A stretch of DNA of 64,000 nucleotides from a virus (lineage: Duplodnaviria; Caudoviricetes). The notes below the pieces were generated by a model. That model was given only the letters and a program-made list of their open reading frames with translations, was not told the DNA's origin and did not search any database. Numbering within the stretch: position 1 is the stretch's first letter; the number at the start of each line of letters is the position of its first letter. Position numbers and translations under genes: made by a program. The stretch lies in IMG/VR virus record IMGVR_UViG_3300026549_000039, positions 1 through 64,000 of that record; one strand, 5' to 3'. Of this stretch, positions 26,409 through 37,689 are shown piece by piece.

Positions 26409-27731
26409 CTAACCCACTCTGGCCGTTATGATTAGGGGACATACAAATGGGCCATCGTCTACGGTGACAGCCTTAGTATTATCATAACTGTAGTATTCTG
26501 GTATCTCAACCTGAATCCAAAACTCGCGCTCACCATCCGGTTCTATAATCGGATCAGCCGGGGTAACAACAGTAGCTATACTAATGCTATCCTCCCAGTT
26601 AGCCCCACCAGGACCATTTGGATTGTCAGTGCTCAGCTTAACCCAGTTGGTTGCATCCTTTGCGGGACAATTAGCGCTAGGTCCACCGGGACACACAACA
26701 CCATTGTGATCCACGGTAATTACTACGTTCTTAAGCCTGTAAATGTCAGCAATGTTCTTCAGCACAACACGCTTGATCTTGGAATCACCAATCAGGATGC
26801 TGCCCATGTCAATATCATCGTTGGGAAGGTCATCAACAATGAACATGAAATAACACATCCTGTAGGTGTACACGTTATCAGCATAACAGGCTGCCATGCG
26901 GTCCTGGAAGATAGTGATATCTCCATTGAACCCTGTAAGGAAGAAAGGCTCAATGCTCATCAACGGAACCATTCTACCCCTGTCGATGTTCTCTGTTAGG
27001 AACTTAGCCAGCACCCTTGAACCGATATCGGGGTCAGAGGTCATGTCAATGGTGGTGTACACCCGCTGGTTGATGTACTGTACACCGCAGAGTTTATCCG
27101 CAACAGTGAAGCTAGGATACTGAGCCAGCGGCATACCATAGTAGTCAAGATTGGCAATGGTGTCAACACCGTGCCATGCACCCACAACCAACAGGTCATT
27201 CCTGTACTCAGACATACCCCTGCCGTTAGCTTTGAAGTCAAAAGCCGCACCGCCTGCTGCTGTGTTTACAATGTACCAGTTTTGGATGTCCAAGCTGGCC
27301 GATACCCCATGCGCCGCATCAGGTGGTGTAAACCTCAAATGGTATAAGACAGGGTTGCCCTCGATCTGTTTCTCAGACAGGAAGGCTATGATGCAGTCGG
27401 TGGGTTCGTTCAAGATCGCGAGTCCGTAGCATTTGTTGGCTGGTGGTGTAGGCACAAGGGAAGAGTTCTTCAGCTCCGGGTAGTCAAAGCTCACCCACAC
27501 CTCCATAGTCTCACTGTCGCAGAAGTATATCTTCCTGTTTACATCGCCTGCCAAGATGAGTATAGGTTTATTTGTTATAGGATGCCTATGCCTGGTATCA
27601 TAAGCCACAGCTACCAGCTGAGTCTCACCAGCAATCTCAGTGGTCAGCTTGCTGAGCCCGTCAAACCTTTTATCAGGGACAGGCCGCTCAGTCAATAAGT
27701 TTCGACCTGCAAGTATCTCTGCACGAGCCAT
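26409..27731 (-). CDS. virion protein, propeller-like plus C-terminal Ig-like domain (paralogue family)
   Basis: C-terminal VVLKN...WVKLS...IEPDGEREFWIQV shared with the family. Confidence 0.75.
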   Translation of the reverse strand: MARAEILAGRNLLTERPVPDKRFDGLSKLTTEIAGETQLVAVAYDTRHRHPITNKPILILAGDVNRKIYFCDSETMEVWVSFDYPELKNSSLVPTPPANKCYGLAILNEPTDCIIAFLSEKQIEGNPVLYHLRFTPPDAAHGVSASLDIQNWYIVNTAAGGAAFDFKANGRGMSEYRNDLLVVGAWHGVDTIANLDYYGMPLAQYPSFTVADKLCGVQYINQRVYTTIDMTSDPDIGSRVLAKFLTENIDRGRMVPLMSIEPFFLTGFNGDITIFQDRMAACYADNVYTYRMCYFMFIVDDLPNDDIDMGSILIGDSKIKRVVLKNIADIYRLKNVVITVDHNGVVCPGGPSANCPAKDATNWVKLSTDNPNGPGGANWEDSISIATVVTPADPIIEPDGEREFWIQVEIPEYYSYDNTKAVTVDDGPFVCPLIITARVG

Positions 27732-27796
27732 TATGGATCACATTCCTTTCTATAGGTTGATATCAACCAGTCATTAGGTAGCACTGATCTTGAATC

Positions 27797-28828
27797 TTAG
27801 AAGATGGCACAAGCGGGCGCGGCCCGAATAGTGTTGCCAGCGCTGTTGTTGCTGAGGTAGCCACTGCTGCTCAGAATCCACACATAGTAAGAGTTGGAGC
27901 GGTAAGCTGAACGGAGCCACACATAGCTGGTACTGGTAGGGTTCTCTACGCAGTAGGTGATCCGCTTTGAGTTTGTGCTGCTATTGTTGTCCGCTGCCGG
28001 GCTACTGGTTCCCATGCGGGTTTTCCAGTACTCCCAGTATGGCCCTTCCACCCCGCTGATGTTCACGCTGGTGTTGGTGTCTACCACACTGTACAGCTCT
28101 TCCTTGGAGGGCAGCCACACCTTATCGTAAGTGGTATCTACTACGTTGGAGTCTACGTTGGCAGTGGCGGTCTGCACTTTTACAGGCTGTAGCCTACTGA
28201 CAAATCCGTCCGGTAGGCACTTCAGGAAACCTGGCCAGTCTACCCAAGCTGCCGGGTTAGTTGGCGCTGCGTCGGTGCTAGTCTGTGCTGTCCACCAACC
28301 CGCATTGGCTTCGGCATTACTGTTCAGCCACTGCCTGATCGCAGAGTCTCTCCACCGGTTGCTACCATATTTCTGACGGTTAGAGTCGTCAGAGTTGGAT
28401 GGCTCAGGTGCGTCGAACTGAATGTAGGCAGAGGGTATAGCATAGTGTGCCTGTATAATGGCAGCATCATGCTCTACATTGTCTTCTGTTGTCACCTTTC
28501 TATAGGACACGATATTCCAAGGTAGATCATACTCTGTACTGTTTGCAGGATCAGCGTACTTGAGCACAACTTGAGTTCCAATGGGATAAGCTGTGCTGGC
28601 TGTTCCATTGGTAATAGCATCACGTAGGTTCCCTAAAGGGTCAGGCTTGGGGTACCAGCCAATGTCCGTGTGAATGATATCCGTCAAGTCCTCGAAGACG
28701 TTTACACCATCACCTATTCTAATCTCGTGTGCAACAGGGTCAAACATCATCTCCCTGTCCTTCAGTACAGAGTTCTCACCAGACTTACGAACTCGCATCC
28801 ACAAGCGTTTGTACTCAATATCTGGCAT
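27797..28828 (-). CDS. receptor-binding protein with Mtd_N-like start and DUF6273/CLec-type C-terminus
   Basis: IRIGDG; NRWRDSAIRQWLN; DKVWLPSKEE; WLRSA...RAAPAC. Confidence 0.8.
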   Translation of the reverse strand: MPDIEYKRLWMRVRKSGENSVLKDREMMFDPVAHEIRIGDGVNVFEDLTDIIHTDIGWYPKPDPLGNLRDAITNGTASTAYPIGTQVVLKYADPANSTEYDLPWNIVSYRKVTTEDNVEHDAAIIQAHYAIPSAYIQFDAPEPSNSDDSNRQKYGSNRWRDSAIRQWLNSNAEANAGWWTAQTSTDAAPTNPAAWVDWPGFLKCLPDGFVSRLQPVKVQTATANVDSNVVDTTYDKVWLPSKEELYSVVDTNTSVNISGVEGPYWEYWKTRMGTSSPAADNNSSTNSKRITYCVENPTSTSYVWLRSAYRSNSYYVWILSSSGYLSNNSAGNTIRAAPACAIF

Positions 28829-28841
28829 TGTTATACCCCTC

Positions 28842-29681
28842 CTAATGCGTTACAAGACTTAGGCTGAGAGACCCAGACCTGTTCTCATTGCAGCTTACCT
28901 GGGCGTAGATAACATCACCAGTCTTTAGCTGCACTAGGTCGCCAGTACTAGCTATGCCTGTATTAGAAGTGTACTTAATATACCCTCTGTAGTCCACCAC
29001 GATCCTGTCTTTACCATCACGTATCCTTCGTATGACTATGCGATAAACTGCATTTGCCTCATTTAGCGAGCCGGATTCCCACGCATTTAAAGTAGCACAT
29101 ACCGTAACAGTAGCTAGGCAATCTTCCTTCACTAGAACCCTGCCAGCACTGGACAGCTCAAATGCAGTTCCTTCTAGGATAGTAGGTGACGACAGAACAG
29201 CAGGAGTTAAGCTAGAACCTATGGTTAAATTTTTGTCATCAGCCATGATAGCTGACGTTACTTTGCTGGTACCTTTTAAAGAGTTCAGCCACTCCTCTTC
29301 TGTACCCTCAAAGCCATAATCCTGCGCTATCTCATATGCGCTAAGACCATCTGCGCCATCATTACCAGGCAAGCCACGCTGACCTCTTGGCCCCTCTGGT
29401 CCTTCCGGTCCCTGCGGCCCCTCTGGTCCCTGCGGCCCCTCTGGCCCCTGCGGTCCTTCTGGTCCCTGTGGTCCTTCCGGCCCTTGTGGCCCTTGTGGCC
29501 CTTCCGGTCCGGGCGGTCCTACCACGATGGGATCGTCCACTTCATCTTCTGCAATAATCTCCAAACAGGGATGTTCCCTGTAAATAGACGACTGCTTAGT
29601 CTCACCAGGCCCGATACTAGTTGAAGCGTCTAGGGTGAACCTAATCCGTGAGCTGGTGTTCAAATAAGTGTACATAATCAT
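28842..29681 (-). CDS. collagen-repeat fibre with a C1q-like head
   Basis: (GPEGPQ)n; SAYEIA...[10 protein letters not shown]; [11 protein letters not shown]. Confidence 0.85.
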   Translation of the reverse strand: MIMYTYLNTSSRIRFTLDASTSIGPGETKQSSIYREHPCLEIIAEDEVDDPIVVGPPGPEGPQGPQGPEGPQGPEGPQGPEGPQGPEGPQGPEGPEGPRGQRGLPGNDGADGLSAYEIAQDYGFEGTEEEWLNSLKGTSKVTSAIMADDKNLTIGSSLTPAVLSSPTILEGTAFELSSAGRVLVKEDCLATVTVCATLNAWESGSLNEANAVYRIVIRRIRDGKDRIVVDYRGYIKYTSNTGIASTGDLVQLKTGDVIYAQVSCNENRSGSLSLSLVTH

Positions 29682-29699
29682 AGACCATACACCCCCAGC

Positions 29700-30704
29700 T
29701 TATGTGTTTGCTCTGTATTTAAGTGTAGCTTCAGCACTGTTAGCTGCCTGCTCTGCGGATTTAACAATCCTAGCCAGGTCCTCCCACTCCAATACAACCT
29801 TCATATGAACAGGCTCGGTGTTGCTCTTTTGGAACTCCTTCACCTCTACATATGCAGCGTGCTCAGCCTGGATAGCTGAACCCTCCTTGAGATACCCTGC
29901 AAAGGTAACAGAAACCTCGCCAGTATTGTAGTCAATATAGTTCTTGCCAGACGGGTCAATGTTCCCAACCAGCTTGCCTGCCCCGTCATCCGTAACTTTC
30001 ATGGTGGAACCTTCTGGAGTCAGTGCGGTCAGTGTCACAGTACCAGGAGCCACAGGGAAGTGTTGATTCAATTTAACATCAAACACCTTCAAAGTGAATC
30101 CATACTCCCTGGTGCTAATATATGGTACCAGCCCAGGTATCTTTACTTGTAAAGGCGAAGCAGGATTAGTAGAAGGTACCGTGAACCTCTTCATGTATGT
30201 TATAGCCTGCCCAGGCTGTAGAGGACGCATGAAGGTTATCTCACACTTGCCTGTATTTGGATCGTATTTAGACAGCAGGGTATCTACATCACCTACAATA
30301 GCACCAGCATCTGTAACTGTAGCCACCATCAAAGTACCGTTGACATCACTGGCATTGATGTCAAACAATTCAGTCTTTAAATCTACAGGGTAACCAGGAA
30401 CCTTATCAATCGTGATCGCAAAGGAAGGTATGGATTTGGCTGTTTCAACGCTATACACAGGTCTAGCCATCTCAATACACTTCTTTGTACCTGGCAAATC
30501 CTCTGGAACCTGTGCGTCGAAACAAATCACCAATGGATTCATCCTGATAGAGTTCAGGACACCAGCAGCACCTCTGTCTACAGTCATATTCATCTGAGCT
30601 ATACCAGATCCACGACTGCTTGCCTTCAGCCTGCCATCCTCGCTCTCTACAGTAACGTTAATCCCATACTCGGTTATACCACGGTTGCCTACACTTGCAG
30701 CCAT
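29700..30704 (-). CDS. virion structural protein
   Basis: Two repeats of the DDGAG...IDYNTGEVSVTF type, recalled from large-phage structural proteins. Confidence 0.65.
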   Translation of the reverse strand: MAASVGNRGITEYGINVTVESEDGRLKASSRGSGIAQMNMTVDRGAAGVLNSIRMNPLVICFDAQVPEDLPGTKKCIEMARPVYSVETAKSIPSFAITIDKVPGYPVDLKTELFDINASDVNGTLMVATVTDAGAIVGDVDTLLSKYDPNTGKCEITFMRPLQPGQAITYMKRFTVPSTNPASPLQVKIPGLVPYISTREYGFTLKVFDVKLNQHFPVAPGTVTLTALTPEGSTMKVTDDGAGKLVGNIDPSGKNYIDYNTGEVSVTFAGYLKEGSAIQAEHAAYVEVKEFQKSNTEPVHMKVVLEWEDLARIVKSAEQAANSAEATLKYRANT

Positions 30705-30739
30705 TTTGTCTAACCTCCTGTTCTTTTTTACCTATGGAC

Positions 30740-31849
30740 TTAGGACCAAACCTCAGCCCTAATCTTAACATTAAACTTTTCAACGAATCGCGCTAACGCC
30801 CACGGTGTTATGCACGTCATCGTTTTCATTAGTATATCAGTAGTACTCCCTTTCGGGAGATACTTTATCCCTAAGTGCGACAGGGAATCATCTGGTAGGT
30901 CACCAGGAAACCTGAAGGACACCGGAAGATCAGCATGTATTTCAAATGATTCCAAAATTTCCTTGGCCTCAACCTTCAATGGCCGGTCTACTTCTGTAGG
31001 TACAAGGTAAAGCGTATCATTAGGCTGTACATCTCTACCATCAATGTTTAGCTTTACCCAATCCTTTTTGTTGCGCTCGATCTGGTCCAGAGGATCGTAC
31101 TTCATCATCATGTGATTGTTATTGATCTGCACCAGCATATCCCAACAGTCAAACTGAACCCTGGATGGGAAACCATGGACGTTTGGATCAGACCACCCTG
31201 TATTATATATTAGAGGCGCATCCAACAAGTTATCTGTAAACTTGTTCAGATTGTAGTAGGGCTTAAGAGAGTAGAACTTTATACCCAGAGGCGACAACAC
31301 AGCCACCACCCCAAACTGACGTGGCATGTGTGGTATTGCTAGGATGCGCTCATACTCCTGTCTGATAAATACCTTCTGCCTGCCATAATCATCATAGTAG
31401 GTTAGTGGCTTGTAGTCGAAACGGAAAGCGTCCCTACCACTAACCATACCTATGTATACAGGACCCATGCAATCAGCGTGCCATATACAGTTAATATTAG
31501 CGCCATAGTTTCCTATGGTTACTGATGACACCGACTGCTTGTCAACAGGTTCCATAGGAAACTTTGTATAGATTACACCGCTGTGTGGTGTATTGCGGCA
31601 GATATACAGCCCGGCTGGTTCGACGGTAGCTACAGCCACTAGATCATGGCTAACAGCAAAGTCAACAGGCCGCCCCATATCAATATAGATTTCAGCTATA
31701 AGCTCGTCATCCCTGTAGAGACCCAATGGTGAGTTGCCTTTGGTCTCGTCGTCAGGCTGTAATCTATAGATATGACCATAGGACAGTGACACAAGAGTGC
31801 GTTCTCGTTTGCTGATTACAGTAGGCCAAGAAGTATATCTGCCACTCAT
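30740..31849 (-). CDS. putative virion protein, propeller-like
   Basis: Long ORF in a packed minus-strand operon. Confidence 0.7.
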   Translation of the reverse strand: MSGRYTSWPTVISKRERTLVSLSYGHIYRLQPDDETKGNSPLGLYRDDELIAEIYIDMGRPVDFAVSHDLVAVATVEPAGLYICRNTPHSGVIYTKFPMEPVDKQSVSSVTIGNYGANINCIWHADCMGPVYIGMVSGRDAFRFDYKPLTYYDDYGRQKVFIRQEYERILAIPHMPRQFGVVAVLSPLGIKFYSLKPYYNLNKFTDNLLDAPLIYNTGWSDPNVHGFPSRVQFDCWDMLVQINNNHMMMKYDPLDQIERNKKDWVKLNIDGRDVQPNDTLYLVPTEVDRPLKVEAKEILESFEIHADLPVSFRFPGDLPDDSLSHLGIKYLPKGSTTDILMKTMTCITPWALARFVEKFNVKIRAEVWS

Positions 31850-31854
31850 GGTTT

Positions 31855-34800
31855 CTACTCTTCCTCTCCAAGTCTCAATCTGTAGCCAAAGAACTCCGTG
31901 GTTCTACCAAACTTAGCATTAAGGTACAAGAAGAATGTCTTTTCAATAGGCTGATTAGGCTCAACATGTAAGTAGAACGTAACATAACCAGCGGGATCAA
32001 TAGTAGTGTCGCCGCTCGGGTGGTTGTTGAGCTCCAAAACCTTAACCTTATCGGCATCTTGACCCGTCCAAGACAAGTACAGCATATCGCTACCTGGTAA
32101 GTCAGCGGGGTCTGGCACTATCAGCTCTACGTTCGACAATCTATCACGTAGCAGATTGTTTTTCAGTCGGCACTTCCTAAGCAGCTTTGTGCCATTTGAT
32201 GCATCTGTAACATCAATACCAGCCCCATAGCTGTTCGGTGGCAGACCATCTCCAATGCACACATGGAAGAATGGATGTACCGTATAGAAGTGTTTTCCTC
32301 CAAACAGAGAAATAGCTGATACCAGGTCCCCATTTGATGCTACGTTAGAATTAAACGGATAGCTAAACGGGAATATGTTAGTGCCTAGAGTTTCAACAGC
32401 CCCTGTTAGAGGATTGATTAGCACCAGCTTCTCATGGTAGTTCGAGAACGCCATCAGCTGTCCCGACACATGGCAGATACCAGCAAGGCTTGGGAACTCA
32501 TAAGACTTACTGATCTTAGGAAGTTCAGTGGATACAGGCAGCTTGTTGGTGTTGTCAGGACCAAAGCTATACTTCCTAACTGCCCCAAGAGTGTTGTAGT
32601 CGCTGCGGTACATTCTATTTGCTTCCTTGTTTAGAGCTGGTATGCCATAGGTGTACCTAAACGTTGCTACATCGCGTAGGGCTATTACATCGTTGATGAT
32701 TCCACTGGTGATATCAACCTTCCACAGAGCCATCTGCCATCCTTCACCAGTAATCTCAATACCGTCAGCCACAAGAGGATCTATGATGGGCTGTTTCGGG
32801 GCAACCTCCCAATGGAACCCAAGGATGTAAGTATAAGGATACATAACAGCAATACCTTTAGGCCAGTTAATGTCATCATCGATCTGGAAATCCTCTGGCA
32901 TAACATCGCTGATTCGTACCCTAGACATTGTATCCTTGTGCAGGTCCCACTCCATGTACGTCCGGCAAGTACCAACCACCAAGTTGGACCCCTCGACCTT
33001 AGCGCTATCAGCATACTCAGTACGGCCATACAGAACCAGGTGGTCATCCTCTTCACCATCAAGGTAATGGATGTCTCTGGTATGACATAGGCCATATACA
33101 TCTACCAGTCTGCCATAGGGTGTATCAAATAGCTCCTTGGAGTCAATGACCTCTTTAAACCTGGTTACATACCGTCCTACGTACTCCTTTGGATCACTGG
33201 CGGTGACACCATCCACGTCATTGACCTCAACTCTTATCCTGTAGAACTTCTGCATCTGAGCTGAAGCAGCCACCACAACCCAATCCTTTATATCAGGATC
33301 GTAGAACGGTGTGGTCATAGCTAGGTCGCCCACGTCGCAGGCCTTATCCCCTGTCCAGTCATCCAGGTCCATCATCATAGGCTTATCTGCTATGGGATAC
33401 CCAACCAGCGGTACAGTATCCTGATCAATGGTCATAAGAATAGTCCCAGTAATCTGCGTTGGTTGTAGATTGTTGAGCTGAACCATCTTCATAACTTGCC
33501 AGTACTTGTAATCACCGTCAGAGTCTTGCCTCTGCTCAGCCAGCCAGTCTATACTCGGACCCTCAGCCGTTAAGATGTTCATACCAAGATAGGGTGCCAT
33601 CGTAGTTGCTGGCTTCAGCTTTGCCTGCATAGAGGTAGGCATATGTTCGCTGTTTACTACAGACAAGCAATCCGGCGCTGTTTCAACAGACCAGAACGGT
33701 TTCCATAGATATGTACCAGCAGGGGTACCCTGGGGTAAGAACCCTACAAATGCCATAATCATTCCACCAAGTATTACTCCCTGCGTTTTAGTATTACTAT
33801 TAGAATCCAAGCCAAAAGTAGGGTTCATCGAAGGATTACACCAGTTGATATAAGCCGTACCATGCCATGTGTACCCCACCTGTGCGCCTCCACTAACATA
33901 ATCCGCCATACCTATATGGTACCCAAACTGATCCCTGTCATACCCACCCATTGGATTATTGCGGCTTCCATAGCTCATAGTTGGATCCATAGATATCTTC
34001 TTTGGTACATACAGGTCTGCGTTACCGTTAGTGTGATTATTAGTAGTAACCTGAGTCCACGAAGAATCAGCTTTAAGCACTAGATTTACCTCATCCTCAA
34101 GGTCGTAGGCCTGAAGGATAGTGACACGGGTTGCTGTATTAAAATTTAGAACTGGGCTATAGCAATGTTGACCTATAGCTACTGGAATATACGTTGGTGT
34201 GATAGAAGAAGGCAGCAATGTGTTATGGTACATGTAAGTATAGTTGTACTGTGGATCAGAGGGCATTCTAAATGAACCGGCAGGACCTTCCCTATGGCTG
34301 ACGTATTCTAACTCGGAAGCACAAAAGGGTAATACCATGCCGTCAGGTAAGTAGTCTGCTTCAAAGCCAACTTTAGCAACTTGCTCAAAATATTGATCAC
34401 CGCAGTCTAACATATCACCCATTTTTGCGGACTTGAACACACCATTAGCTTGTGAGGCAATATGCTTATGTGTTATACCAGAACCGGCCTTACCATAGGA
34501 CAGTGCGCACGGTTTATTGGTATCTCTGACAAAGATACCTGTGCCTACAGTAGTGCATCCAGTTTTATACCCACACGCATACCACTCAGTCTCGTCGTCA
34601 ACCATACCCTTTATGATCTGGTAGTGAGGTAAGTTGTGCAGAGTATCTGTTTCCACTACTTTGTACCAGGCAGCCGGTTGCTGACCACCCTGGCTACCCG
34701 ACTGGCGGTATAGGGTCATCGTACTCTGAGTGATCGCATTCAGCTGGTCTCCTGTTACAAGGTATGTCCCACTCTTGGAATCCAGCACAACCTCACCACG

Positions 34801-35457
34801 CATCTTAATAAGACCTGCTGTAGCTCCAGGAGGTAATGTACTTTCATAACCCATCTTTCCCCAGGTTGTGTTGGACATACCTTTAGCACTGCTTACAGGT
34901 ATATAGAACCACTGGTCCTGACTAAGATTGCTCTTCACCTCTATCTCATACTCAAAGGGGGACAAGCATGTTACCTCAACAGCGTCCTCGTCAATAATTT
35001 TTGACAGAAAGGTTTTATACCCAGTCTGACCAGGCTTCTTTGTCTCTAACGCTTCACCATAGTAGTGTATAGGAATGTTATCCATAGCCAGTAGGCTGAT
35101 TGAAGACGGAGCAGAAGCTCCAGCCATAGTCCTAGCCTGACCAGCCTTCTTAGAATTAGGTACAAACACATTAGCGGGTATACCCAGATCGGCTCGATGC
35201 TGCCTAAAACTGGCTGTCAGGCGCACCGAATCATCGTCATAGTGCAGACCGGAATGCAGCCAAGCTGGGTGTGTTGCAATAATTTTCAGTGCTATGATGT
35301 CACCCTGCTTAAGCGTGTATGAATTTGGGGCAGCCATTATACGCCCAATACCAGGGTACATAAATTCTCGAACATCAGCAGCACTGCCTAGCTGAACAAA
35401 ATCCTCCAGCTGAAACAGTGAATCTACTGGGCGTATTACTTCAGGTCTAACTGGCAT
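31855..35457 (-). CDS. 1200-aa virion protein, propeller plus C-terminal Ig-like family domain
   Basis: CRLKNN...LYLSW...IDPAGYVTFYLHV. Confidence 0.8.
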   Translation of the reverse strand: MPVRPEVIRPVDSLFQLEDFVQLGSAADVREFMYPGIGRIMAAPNSYTLKQGDIIALKIIATHPAWLHSGLHYDDDSVRLTASFRQHRADLGIPANVFVPNSKKAGQARTMAGASAPSSISLLAMDNIPIHYYGEALETKKPGQTGYKTFLSKIIDEDAVEVTCLSPFEYEIEVKSNLSQDQWFYIPVSSAKGMSNTTWGKMGYESTLPPGATAGLIKMRGEVVLDSKSGTYLVTGDQLNAITQSTMTLYRQSGSQGGQQPAAWYKVVETDTLHNLPHYQIIKGMVDDETEWYACGYKTGCTTVGTGIFVRDTNKPCALSYGKAGSGITHKHIASQANGVFKSAKMGDMLDCGDQYFEQVAKVGFEADYLPDGMVLPFCASELEYVSHREGPAGSFRMPSDPQYNYTYMYHNTLLPSSITPTYIPVAIGQHCYSPVLNFNTATRVTILQAYDLEDEVNLVLKADSSWTQVTTNNHTNGNADLYVPKKISMDPTMSYGSRNNPMGGYDRDQFGYHIGMADYVSGGAQVGYTWHGTAYINWCNPSMNPTFGLDSNSNTKTQGVILGGMIMAFVGFLPQGTPAGTYLWKPFWSVETAPDCLSVVNSEHMPTSMQAKLKPATTMAPYLGMNILTAEGPSIDWLAEQRQDSDGDYKYWQVMKMVQLNNLQPTQITGTILMTIDQDTVPLVGYPIADKPMMMDLDDWTGDKACDVGDLAMTTPFYDPDIKDWVVVAASAQMQKFYRIRVEVNDVDGVTASDPKEYVGRYVTRFKEVIDSKELFDTPYGRLVDVYGLCHTRDIHYLDGEEDDHLVLYGRTEYADSAKVEGSNLVVGTCRTYMEWDLHKDTMSRVRISDVMPEDFQIDDDINWPKGIAVMYPYTYILGFHWEVAPKQPIIDPLVADGIEITGEGWQMALWKVDITSGIINDVIALRDVATFRYTYGIPALNKEANRMYRSDYNTLGAVRKYSFGPDNTNKLPVSTELPKISKSYEFPSLAGICHVSGQLMAFSNYHEKLVLINPLTGAVETLGTNIFPFSYPFNSNVASNGDLVSAISLFGGKHFYTVHPFFHVCIGDGLPPNSYGAGIDVTDASNGTKLLRKCRLKNNLLRDRLSNVELIVPDPADLPGSDMLYLSWTGQDADKVKVLELNNHPSGDTTIDPAGYVTFYLHVEPNQPIEKTFFLYLNAKFGRTTEFFGYRLRLGEEE

Positions 35458-35969
35458 TAGAGCTCCTCCTGTTCATCCTGAGTCGGTATAATTCTAAACT
35501 TGCAGCGAAGAGTGTATGACCACTCTCCACGCTGTAACTTAACAGGCTCTACGGTAGCCGACTCAGCAAACGCTACATTGTAGGTCATGCCACTAGGCAG
35601 AGTCAGCACGTAATCTTCTTCGCGAATTACCAGGTACTCAGTAGGGAATGGTTCGTCATCACCAATCAGGTTGCTATGGTATATCTTAATAAAGTTTACA
35701 TAGTCCTGTTTGGACAGGAATATCCCGTTCCCTACTTCAATAACTCGCAGATAGTTCAAAGGCCTGTTGAGCTGTATAGCCTCGCCCTTGATGAGCTTTA
35801 TCCGTGATAGCCTAGCAGGCACATGATAGTCGGGCAGAAAAGTATCATCATAGAACCTGCACTTCGTTACATCATCAGCACTAGGGTGAGCCAAGGCGCT
35901 CAGGATGAACGGCTTGGCTCCAGTGCTGCTGATATTACCATAATACTGAGGGTCGATAGAATTAGGCAC
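35457..35969 (-). CDS. putative tail protein
   Basis: GGAGGTG RBS favours GTG at 35969 over the track start 36026. Confidence 0.65.
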   Translation of the reverse strand: MPNSIDPQYYGNISSTGAKPFILSALAHPSADDVTKCRFYDDTFLPDYHVPARLSRIKLIKGEAIQLNRPLNYLRVIEVGNGIFLSKQDYVNFIKIYHSNLIGDDEPFPTEYLVIREEDYVLTLPSGMTYNVAFAESATVEPVKLQRGEWSYTLRCKFRIIPTQDEQEEL

Positions 35970-37689
35970 CTGTATCGTCACCTCCAGTAAACGGATCACT
36001 GGCCTTGTTCCAGTACATCTGTACATTACTCAACCAATCCTGAACGGATGGTGAACCATACCCTGTACTGTTGTCAGCCGGTATATATCCTACGCCCTTG
36101 AACGGATCCTCAACCCAACCGCCCTGCCACTGCCTAGATGGAACAGGAGGAATAGGTCCAATAGGATCAACATCGCCAAGATCAAAAATGACTTCGTTAC
36201 CCTTACCGTAGTTGGATATACGGCCACCATGGATAAACCACTGTATGATTGAGGACATCTCATGGCTGCATGTAGACATCCTAACATTGATCTCCCCAAG
36301 CAGCTCATCAGGTACGAAGTTCAAGTAAGCCAGCACCCACGTTTCACATACAGTTATCATAACGTTAGCCCTAGCAGCCCGAGGAAGGTTATCTGGATTG
36401 AACTTAACGTAGGCTTCACCCAGCCACGATATAGGGTTCATCTCCAGCAGCACATCCTCCTCACGGAACTGTTCAGTATGTATGAACAACGTGGTCTTGG
36501 CCCTGAAGGACTCAGCCCTAGTATGCACATCCACTGTGCGCTCTATCTTTTCGGGCGCACTCCAAATGCGCAGAGCTGTATTCTTAATAGAACGCATCAG
36601 GCTAAAGCTAAGTAGCTTCTGGAACGCAGACGCTGTAAGCTGAATAATAGTCCAGATATTCTCCTTTATATCTCTTCGTACAGCATGGGCTTTAACAGCA
36701 ACTTCCTTCTTGTGCGTCTGGGCTTCTACATGGATCATGTTCTTCATATTCTGTACATTCTGTGAGGCTGTAGAATGCACTCCTATAGTGTGCTCGACAT
36801 CATAACCCTCAAGCAGGAACTGAATGTAGGATAGAATCCCCACCAGGTCCTTACCAGTCAGGTCCACACTCAGCTTGAACATAGCTTCAAGCTGAGTGTT
36901 TAATGTCCTAACACACATCTTGAACATAGATTCCAGCTCTACGCTCCATAGATGTACCTGTAGTTTGGCTATGTTGCGTAGATCTGATGTTCCAGCATTA
37001 GCTATCAGCTTAGCAATATGAACATGGTCCTGATTCCTGGTATGAACCAGCATATTGCACTGCCTAACTATCTCATCCAGCACATTGCTAACCCTTAGAG
37101 CAATCATCCTATTGGTACTGAGAGTATTAACACTGACCCTAGCTTTGTTGATTATCTCGTTCATAAGCGTGCTGAACTTCAGTTTGTACTGTTCATGCAG
37201 AGTATGGCTGTGGTTAAACATAGTAAATATTAACCGCTTAATACCTGTTACAGTAAAGCATAGTTTAATCCAGTCAGTAGTCTCAATACCACCCATGTGC
37301 ATGTAAGCATGATGCAATTCGCCTGTGTTGTGGCTGCTGGTAGCAATAACCTCCACCCGATCATTTGCTGATATGATGTTAGCTATGACATTTATGCCTG
37401 TCAGGACATAATTCCATATCCTAACAATCAGTGGAATCCTGAACCTGGTTGCACCTACCATAGACTGAACAGGTAGGTGGAAACCATGTATGTATATCCT
37501 CCCCCGATGATCCAAACCTGTATAACGGACAGGGATAAACAGGACAATCTGTGTTCCTGCTATCACACTACCATATACTGGTAGGAGGGTAGCGGTTCCT
37601 ACCACATTACCGCGCATACTTATTGCAGACAACGAGGGCTGCCAAACATATACGGGCTGGTTAGGAACCGGAACAACTACAGATGCCAT
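35962..37689 (-). CDS. fibre/shaft-like protein with ~15-aa beta repeats
   Basis: IAKLIANAGTSDLRN/IAKLQVHLWSVELES/MFKMCVRTLNTQLEA/MFKLSVDLTGKDLVG. Confidence 0.7.
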   Translation of the reverse strand: MASVVVPVPNQPVYVWQPSLSAISMRGNVVGTATLLPVYGSVIAGTQIVLFIPVRYTGLDHRGRIYIHGFHLPVQSMVGATRFRIPLIVRIWNYVLTGINVIANIISANDRVEVIATSSHNTGELHHAYMHMGGIETTDWIKLCFTVTGIKRLIFTMFNHSHTLHEQYKLKFSTLMNEIINKARVSVNTLSTNRMIALRVSNVLDEIVRQCNMLVHTRNQDHVHIAKLIANAGTSDLRNIAKLQVHLWSVELESMFKMCVRTLNTQLEAMFKLSVDLTGKDLVGILSYIQFLLEGYDVEHTIGVHSTASQNVQNMKNMIHVEAQTHKKEVAVKAHAVRRDIKENIWTIIQLTASAFQKLLSFSLMRSIKNTALRIWSAPEKIERTVDVHTRAESFRAKTTLFIHTEQFREEDVLLEMNPISWLGEAYVKFNPDNLPRAARANVMITVCETWVLAYLNFVPDELLGEINVRMSTCSHEMSSIIQWFIHGGRISNYGKGNEVIFDLGDVDPIGPIPPVPSRQWQGGWVEDPFKGVGYIPADNSTGYGSPSVQDWLSNVQMYWNKASDPFTGGDDTGA

